Shown: piece by piece, positions 54,981 through 64,000 of the stretch | Position numbering within the stretch: position 1 is the stretch's first letter | Layout of the letters: every line of letters begins with the position of its first letter | Assembly (NCBI RefSeq): GCF_036321535.1 | Contig: NC_087447.1 | Location: 38,380,001-38,444,000 of the forward strand | Origin: Camelus dromedarius | Taxonomy: Eukaryota | Direction of reading: 5' to 3' | Length of the DNA stretch: 64,000 bases | Notes under the pieces: generated by a model | The model's input: the letters and a program-made list of their open reading frames with translations, nothing else | Told to the model about the DNA's origin: nothing | Databases searched by the model: none | Position numbers and translations under genes: made by a program

Positions 54981-56049
54981 CCGTTTCAACCACCCTCTCC
55001 CCCACCCCCACCCCTCTCTGGTAGCTTGAGGCATAAAGTCAGGAATTGTAAAGAAAAGGGAGGTGGAATTCTTGATTCGTAGGATTTGCTCTTGTTAGGA
55101 GGTTTTAGTGATCTTTTTGTGGGATTATTAAAGAGAGAAACCCTGGTATCTCTCTCCTTTTGTCAACCTAAAAGGTGTGGCATATGCTGGGAGAGAATGA
55201 AGGTACTACGTTGTAACAGGTACCAAAGATATTCTCAGTATGTAAGGATTATTATTGAGATGCTTTGGTGAGATATTTATTTCTGGGTTCTGTTTCATCC
55301 ATTTGTTATCAATTGGGATACTTAAATTTCGTTTCACGTAAAGTTTATAGTGACGTTAAAATAGAGTACTGTAACATAAATGAAAATGTTATCTTTCACA
55401 TTGACTAAATGAATAATAATTGTTGTTATACTATTTCAAAATATTAAAAACTGCTGCTAAAAATCTTCGTATCCGGGAGGAGAGGAGGTTTATATAATGA
55501 GCATTTACAGCATGCTCATTAGTGGGTTAAAAAAAATCACACTGAGTAAGAGGTGAGATTGGTTTTAGTTTAGCAGGCTGCGGAAGCAGGGATGCTTTTT
55601 TGTTGCTATTTCCCCTAGGGCCAAGAGAGACTCTAAATAACTGATGGCAAAGCAAAACAATTTATAGCAAACTCTTTGGGGACTGTAGTTGAGGGTGGGT
55701 GGGGGGTAGTTGGTGAGGAGTGAGAGAATAATCTTGGGTTACAGTATTAACAAACAGCATTACCTAAAAGACTTAAACCACAAATATTCTTTAGTTTTTT
55801 AGGAGGAGGGACCATCTGAATGTATTTGAATCCGTTAAGTTAATTATTTAAAGTATTGGAACCCTTTGTTTTGGGAAATAGTGTCAGAAACCATTAAAAT
55901 AACTAATTGCAGTCTGCCTAATGTTTTTTCCAGAATTCATTTGTTAAAGAAACATCTCCTTTGTGAGTAGTAATGTAACCCAGGTGCTCTCAATGATCTA
56001 AAAGAAGTAAAGGAGGCATGTATATGCTTGACAAAGGTACATATTTATG

Positions 56050-57770
56050 CAAAGAGAAAAACTGAGCTTTGAGTCATGCAGAGTTGAATGCTAGGTCTTG
56101 CTATGTCATTTATTCACTGCGAGAACATTGCCAAAATATTTAGCTTCTCTGAACTGCAATTTTCTTTTCAGTAAAATGGATCTGATCATTTAATAATCCT
56201 TTAAATTATGGGAGTGACGTTAGCATTGTATCTAGCATGAAGTATGTACTCAGTTAATGATGGCTATTATAAGTGTATGTGTACACTTCTGTAACACATT
56301 TAAATGCAAAGGAAATTCAGAATCAGGGAAAAAGTCAGTTTGCAAAGGCTTGATAGAAGTCCTTTGTAGGCTTGGTGGTGGGAAGAGAGGACCTGCCTTA
56401 CGTGAGTATCAGGGAGTGGGGGAGTCACATGCTAGCTTGGAGAGAGGAAGTGGGCAAGGAGGGGAGTGGGATAGACCAGTGACTTGGGGCCAGTGAAAGG
56501 GAGGAACATAGGCTGTGACTTTGTGGAGACTTTCTGGAGAGGCAGGAGCCAGACCCCTGGATCCAGTCTCAGCTCTTCCACTTACTGCATGTGTAATCTT
56601 AGGCAAATTACTTAACCTCTTGATACCTTGGTTTTTCCCATCTGTGAACTGGGGAAATACAAAGTACCGGATACAGTTGTGGAAATTAATTGAGTTAACA
56701 TATGTCCAGGATCTAAAATGGTGTCTAGTACATAGTAAGGCTACAAACATTATTATTGTTGTTGTTACTATATTGATCTTAGCTTATGGAGCTAACGTGA
56801 CCATCATCTATACTTAATAGAGCTGCTATTTATTGTCTGACTCTTTGGAAATTAAAATTCATTCTGTTATAATTGTTTAGCATTAGTAACTGGAGGGGAG
56901 GAGATAGTAGAAGGATAATAATCTTAACAAGGGGAAGTCACTTCTCTTTGTAGGAGATCAGGATGGCACAACTCAGTTTTATTTATTTCGTAAGACTCCT
57001 GAGATAGGACACTTTTTGACAGTGTTCAGTGTATTTTTCTATTACGTGATCTTGAGCAGAAAAAATGTGATAAACCTATTTGGGAGTGGAGAACTTAAAA
57101 ACAACTTTGCCTTTAGCCCTGACTTTCTTTAACCTTAAATTTACTTGTTGCCTTTTATGCATGTGAAGAACTACAAAATTAGGACATTAAGGCAATAATT
57201 ACTTGAGATGGCTTTTCCTCTTTAAAAGTGAATATAAGACATCATAAAACATCTGTGATATAAAATGTAAAGTATCATTAAGAGTATATGTGTGTACATG
57301 ACCTCCTTGCTTCTGTTACTAGTTTTTTGAAAGACATCTTAAGTTCTGTTGTAAGTAGAACCCCTAAATGATGAGTAGACTCTGTAGTTAGAGCTTAAAA
57401 TTGTACAAAGTGAAATGGAGAGAGCCTTGGCTATCTGGGTTCTAGGTCTCCCTACTCTGGTGACACTGAGGAATCTCTTAATCTTATGTAGTCTCTTCAG
57501 GGCTTTAATTTCTTCTCCAGAAAATGTTGAGTTTGGGTGAACAAGTCTCTGCATCGTTGAAATTCTAGGTTCATTCTTACTTAGTTAACTAACTTGCTGT
57601 GTGTCTTAGGTCAAGTTTCTTAGCTTCTCCAAGCTCTAGTTTCCCGCATGAAAAGGGAGATTAATATTAGTACTTTTAGAGTTTTTAGAGTAAGTAAAAT
57701 AATACATCCAAATCGTTCAGCACAGTGCCATCTAAGAGTAAATAAAATAATAAATTTGCTGCTGTTACTT
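56050..57770 (+). mobile_element. Intronic MIR copies (~56050-56270, 56530-56770, 57430-57540, 57550-57770)
   Basis: MIR cores such as cttaggcaaattacttaacctcttgataccttggtttttcccatctgtgaact. Confidence 0.7.
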
Positions 57771-59719
57771 CTGTATCTTGTTCCTCCAAAACTAAATTTT
57801 TAATTTATTCATTTTTCCTGGATACATAATTTGGAATATTTTAAGTCTTTGAATCCCTTCCCCACTTCTCACCCCAACCTCCTACTCCCCTCCTCACTTC
57901 TGTGTAGTGTTTAGGTGATGAATGTTGAGTTGGGGAAACTTTTTATCAGTTTGGGGTTGATTTCCAGAAATAATGGAGTAACCGTTGGGGTTTTAGGTTG
58001 ATACCTTATCTGGCAACTCTGAAGAAAGACCATACGTGATTTACAGAATTAAAGAGGAATTTCCCAGCCTCTGTTCTTCGTTTAGTGTCCTGACTTTTTA
58101 TTCAGAAGTTTGTCAGATTTTGAGCTGTAAGGGGTAGCTGATTTCTTGAGTATTGAATTTTAGTCAGTCTTACAATTTCTTAGCCTGGACCTGACTCGGT
58201 CATTACTTTTTACCTAGTTTGCCTTTTGCTGAATGCTCTTCCATTGCCTTTTCCTGAATCACATCTGAGAAAAGATTTCAGGACATAAGCATTTGTGTTA
58301 AGTTAGTTGATCCTTGCGTGAAGTTTGTGAGTTTAGATTCCTGAATTGCTGTTCTATTGTTGCATCTTGAACACGTGCCCTGCAGTTAGAAATCACTTAA
58401 AATAGCTTTTATCTGTGAATTTGAAATTACACTGTAGACTTATTTTTAGTGTGCAAATTATTGTTTTACATTTTCAAAGTAACTTACAAGTGAATTCTTT
58501 GGCATTAAAAAATAAAGCACCCCTCCTAGTGGTAGTACATACTAGAGATTTCTTCATCTTGGTAGCCATTGAAATGGTTCTGATGATAATTCATACATAT
58601 AAGTGCTAGGCACTCAAGGAAGGACACTTTCTTTTACAGAGTGACTGCTTTTGTCAGGAGAAGTTCTAACCTAGGGCTTCTTAAAACTCATTCTTTTTGT
58701 TTGTGTCTAACCTTTGTTTGTGTGTCTGTCTTGGGATGGGGAAGCTGCATGAGTTTAGTGGGGATACTTCTGTTGAGTAGGTTAAGAATCCTGCTTTCCC
58801 TTGTTATAATACCGTTAGAAGACAAAGTAATGACAGTCAGCTACCTGCTGGGATGGGATTTTTAATTCATTTGTATTGCTGAAATGTCAAGGTTCTTTCC
58901 TAAGCTTTGAAATGAAGGTAGTCTGTTTAATTCAGTTAGAAAAATAAATTGGTAACTTTAAAGTGGGGAAGGAGTGCGGAAAGAGACTTTCTTAAAACAG
59001 TATTATTTTTAAAGTTTTTAAAGTCTCCTTTTTCAAATTAAAATTGATCTCATAAAATTGAAACAGATTTTGTGATGCTGCGTAAACATTTATTCCTTTT
59101 TTTTTCTCCTTTTGCTGAGAAAAATAGGGTATTTTTAGGGTATTAGTTTCTTGTTGTGAAGTGATAATGACTAAGACTGACTGCCTGTAAACAGTGTGGA
59201 GTTAATGTCATTGAATCTTCTTGTAAGGCCTTGATCTTGAATTTGGGTAGAGCCACTGAGTGTTTGGGATTGAAACTTAGTTTAAAGTAATGTCCTTGAT
59301 AGGCCTTTGATTTTTTTCTATTTTGCAAAGAAAAATGTCTCTCAAGCTTTTATAAAAAAGCTAAGATAGATATGTTTATTCACATATTTTCTGTGTGGTT
59401 CTGAAAGAAGGAAAGAAATATAAGTTGTCTAAAATTGAGTTTCTTGTTGCCTTGTAAATTATATTTTAGTCTTAGTGTTTTATAAAAGCAATGTGATTGT
59501 TTATTGGTTACATAGCATTAAATAATATTAAATCATAGTTTAATTTAAAATATTACAGTTACAGAACTTGTTGTTTATATACATTAGTGGTTTAATATGC
59601 CAGCCAATTTATCTTGTCACCTCATATGGTGATTTTTTTTTTCCTTGGAGAAAGAACTTTGTATACAAGTAAAGTAAAAGTTCATTACTTGAAATACAGA
59701 TATATGTGCCAAAATGATA

Positions 59720-61940
59720 CCTGATGTGCTTTTAAAAAAAAAAAAACTTTACCCAGATTTTTCAAGTGCTACCATTTTTACTGTATTTTTTTTTATCTCC
59801 CCCGGCCACACGTACACACTATTTTTTCTGAATTATCTGAGTGTAGGTTGAAGACAGTGCCCCCTTATTTTTAAATACCTCCATGTGTATTGCCTAAAAG
59901 GAAGGGTGTTTGCTTATATAAACATAGTGTATAACCAGAATCAGAAATTAACACTGACATATTACTAATCTAATATGAACTTTTTCAGATTTTGTCAATT
60001 GTCCTAATGCGTTTTATAGCAAAAGAAAATTGGAGATTATGCAGTGCACTCTGTTTCCATGTCTCCTTTAATTTGGACCAGTTCTTTGTCTTTGTGTTTT
60101 ATGACATTGACATTTTTGAGTACAAGTTAGTTATTTGTAGAGTTCCCTAAATTTGAATTTGTTTCTTCATAGTTAGAGTCATTTTTGGGACAGAAAGAGT
60201 GTGGAAATGATGTTTTCTTCTCAGTGCATTATATCAGGAGACATAAAGTGGATGTTGATTTGACTATATATGTATTTATCTTTTGACTCAATAATCCCAA
60301 ACCTAGGAATTTACCCTGAAAGTGTACTTCCAGAAGTATGAAAATACATGGTGCACGAAGTTACAGCAATGTTTACAATAAAAAAAAAAAAATTAGATAC
60401 CTACAGGATAGGAGTGGGGTTAAATAGAATATGTACATTCACCCAGTGGAGCATTTTGTAGCTGTAAAAGGAATAAGAAAGATCTCTGAATTAATTTGAA
60501 ATGCATTCCAGGATAACTTGTTCAGTGAAAAATACAAAGTGCAAAAGTTAATACTCTATTTGTAATATGCTATCTTTAGTGTAAGAAAGAAGAGGGGGAA
60601 TAAGAAAATATGTATGTATTTACTCATTAGGGCAAAACCAGCACAGAATGGATAAATCAGAGATTAAAGAGATTATTGATTAGCTATCGAGGTGGGTAGG
60701 GATGAGGGAGAAAGAGGTAGAGGGAATGGTGATGGTGACTCTTCAGAGGAAACTTTTCTAATTTTTGTGGGACCATGTTTAATGTTTCACATATTCAGTA
60801 TATAAATAGCAAACATCAATAAAATCAATTAAGGAAGAAAAAAAATCACCCCATAGTGGTATATAAAGAGAAACAAATGAACTGAATATTTTTTCAGATG
60901 ACTAACAACCACACTGAAGGAGGGAAAGAAAAAAAAAAGTAATAAAGTAACCTTTGAACAGGTGTTTGGACTATGTCCTCAGGATAAAGACAAAAAGAAC
61001 TAGAAACAAACACCAAACTCTAGTTAATAGGCTCCCCCCTACTCCCTGAACCATGGGTTTGCAATTCTGAAACCGTTTTCTGTACTAGAATTAAGTAAAT
61101 AAGTAAATGTACTGTGGAAAATGGGACCTAAGTTCCTCACTGTTGGAGAAGGGAGTTTTAAGTATGAAAAGGGGAAGGCTAGGAAGAACTCTTGATGCGT
61201 GATTGGGATTGAGGATACTGGCATGAACTCAAGGTTTAAAAAGTATATAGATATAGAAGTAGATGCATGTGGCCACACATACATACATCTATGCATTTTT
61301 TCCCCAGCTCTCCCTACTGAGAGTCCATAGAAACAGTGACACTCTTTTAGCAATGAGAACGCCTAGTGCCAGATCTTGATTTCTGAATACCAGTTTTTTA
61401 CTAAAAGGAGCCTTGGAGAAATGACTGATCCCTTGGTTTGGCAGGGGAAAATAGAAGATGACTTGGAGCATCTTGTAATGCCAGAAAGTAAAGAAGTGCT
61501 CAGAAAACAAAATGCTGGTGGCATGTGAAAGAGGCACAGCCAGCCTGGAAGAAATCCCACTGGTTAACTGGGGCAATATCATGGTCAGAATAAAGAATGG
61601 TAGTAATTGATAATTGCCTATAAAATAAGAATCTGTGAATCCTTTGGGATTATAAACAATGAAGGATGAAAGGAGGTTCTTCCTTTAAGGTAGAATCCTA
61701 ACTAATATACAGAGAGGACATAGTGAAATTAGGAAATCAGCATTTGGCAGTCAACAGCTGGTTCAAGTAAGAATATGGGTGTTAAAACTAGTCGGTAGAA
61801 GTTTTAAGAGCGGCTGGGTATAAACAGTCTCAAAGAATCTGCCCATAAGATATTGGTAATTATCAAGGGGAAGATAATAACCTCAGGGGAGAAACCTGGC
61901 TGACATCACCTTGACCAACCGGTCAAAGTTAACCCCGCTG
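59720..61940. mobile_element. Intronic L1MC-type fragments (- at ~59720-60260; + at ~60280-61940)
   Basis: 61200-61940 is complementary to the 26.1-27.6 kb L1MC (ggagccttggagaaatgactgat; acatcaccttgaccaacc). Confidence 0.7.
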
Positions 61941-62399
61941 GTATTGCTTTAGGTAAAGATAATAAGCAGAGTTTGTTTTAACTCAATTGTGCTAATGAGC
62001 TCTGGTCTTCATAGTCACCCAAGCTAGGCGCTGATTGAATTTAAGCCTGAAGGAACCAAGTTGAAGCAAAGGAGAACATTTTTGCTTAATTTTGTGGGCA
62101 GATGCCTTTTGAGGGAAAGGTTGATTTGATTAAACTTATGTTAGGCTAATATGGAATTTGGCCATGATCTTAAGCATAATGACCTCCCTTTGGACTAACC
62201 TTATTTTTTGCTATGTAGATGTGTTTTTTTCCCCGTGTTCTTTGGTGGACTTGAAAAGAAAGTTTTTTTAACTACTCAGATTTACCTTAAAATTATTCAT
62301 ACTCTTAAACATATTTACTTAGAAAATCAGAATAATTGTTTTATTCCCAGTTGTGGAAAATGAGGAATTCAGCAGTTTTGTTTGCTGTTTTCACCCACC

Positions 62400-63250
62400 C
62401 CTTTCATAAATTTAGTGTCCTTAAAGCATTAAAAGTGTGTGATTGCAGTGTTTTTAAGAGGTTGTTTTTTGTCTTTGCATTTGATTTTGTTATAATTTAA
62501 TAGTAAGTAATATTCAGTGGTATTAACCCCTTTCTCGTTAGGAGTTATTGCTTTCATTTGCCATTTCTATCATTCTAACTGGTTTCAGTCCTTACAAGCA
62601 ATCCTCATTAACAGCTACTTTTTATTTTGAGTTGTGATTTAGAGAACACTTTCATGTACTTTCAATTAAGATTATTTTTACTTTTGCATGATAAATGATG
62701 ATTTGGCTGAGTATAAATTATTGGTTCCCAAGATTTTTGTATTAAAACTGCTTTATTTATCTTTTGTGTCTTTACCTTTATTTAACTGGCCTCACATTTC
62801 TGTTCTGCGGGAGTAACTTGTTTTCTGTTTGTATGCTTGTAGCCTTCTCTTATCACTGGAAATGGAAAATTTTATCAGGATATGACTAGAAGCTTTTCTC
62901 TGTTCATTGGTTTTCCATGGGAAATGAGGAAACACTCTCAGGTCTGGGAAGGTTTTCTTCATGTTTCAAGTCATTTTCTCAATTATCTTCTGAAATACCT
63001 ATTTATGCATTGATTCTTTGAAATCTTTATCTATATTGTCTTAAGTTAACCAGCGAAAAGGCTAAGATAGTCTCCATTCTAAGAGAATTTGTCAAATTTG
63101 CCTTCTGTATCACGATGAAATTCTGTATGTCAAATCTAATTACAGTCTTAGACTTAATGCCCTTGAAATCTCAGTCTAATATTAATAGTGGTACTGTTCT
63201 CTTGTCTTAAGGCCATAAAGCTGTTATTTTCTAAAGCTTGGTACTGTTTA
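62400..63250 (-). mobile_element. Highly decayed HAL1/L1 ORF1-like fragment
   Basis: tttggctgagtataaattattggtt and ggtctgggaaggttttctt are complementary to ORF1-region motifs seen at ~1700-2050. Confidence 0.45.
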
Positions 63251-64000
63251 AGGAAATAACACTTTCTAGGGAAGAGTTTTTTCTTGTATGGCAGAATATA
63301 TTTTAAAAATTTATCCTCTCATGAAGAGTTGATCTTAGCTGCTCTTGGTGTTGGAAATAAAGAACGGTCCGTCTCTCAGAATTACTGCAGGGCACTGAGA
63401 TTCCCATTCTTTTTTGATGCTGAAGGGCAATTACTAGGATGCTTCAGTTTTTGGAGTATCAGTAGCAGGATTTCAACAAATGTAAAATTCTGTGAAATCT
63501 GCTAAGACATCCAGCCAAATTCGGGGGTTTTTTTTTTTGGCTAAGAAGTATAATTTTGGAGAATTAGAGATGGTTAAAAGGGATAGTTTTCAAGTTTATT
63601 ATTCCTTCAAGTCTAAACTTTCTACATTGAGGGAAGTGGAAGAAGCTTGGGAAGATAGCAGGTTGGTGGGAGAGTGTGTGTATGTTTTGGGTTTGTGTGA
63701 GACAGTAAAATGCAGATCAAGGCAAAGATTTTTCTTGTTGGCACAGGAATTACAATGGCCTAGAATCAAAAGTTCAAGTCCTTTAGCGTGTGTGTGTAAT
63801 CTGTATGATTGTTTTATACTGTATTTTGTATAGATGTCTTTTTCATGATTTCATAAATAAATTTTGTTGTGCTGTTTCCTTTTTTAAAAAATGAGATTGA
63901 TTGCCATTTGTTTCTCACAGTAGTGCTTTAGGTAACTTATATGCTATAATTAATATTTTTAAAGGTATTTTAAAGGATTTCTATTAAGAGGTATTCCAGA

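Overview
Mammalian genomic DNA, most likely a camelid, based on three tRNA-Ala-derived Vic-1-type SINEs plus artiodactyl-type Tigger MITEs and young L1 3' ends. About the first 53.6 kb is repeat-rich non-coding DNA: HAL1/L1, L2, MIR, MaLR/ERVL LTRs, an ERV1 solo LTR, and hAT and Tigger DNA elements. A CpG island at ~53.7-55.0 kb holds the promoter and first coding exon of RRAS2 (TC21) on the + strand (54116-54223, [36 protein letters not shown]). Intron 1 runs past the window end and exon 2 is not present. I found no convincing new biological system. The best leads are two candidate upstream alternative first exons (ATG|GTGAGT at 48567; TATA box ... ATGGAGGACAAC|GTAAGT at 46033-46185) that would splice in frame to give RRAS2 lacking the P-loop. 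Weaker leads are an open in-frame 5' leader with CUG codons, a near-complete ORF1-only L1-like element, a nested TE stack, a young 36-bp tandem repeat and a possible retrocopy fragment. Repeat family names come from recalled consensus similarity, not a database search, and most repeat boundaries are approximate.
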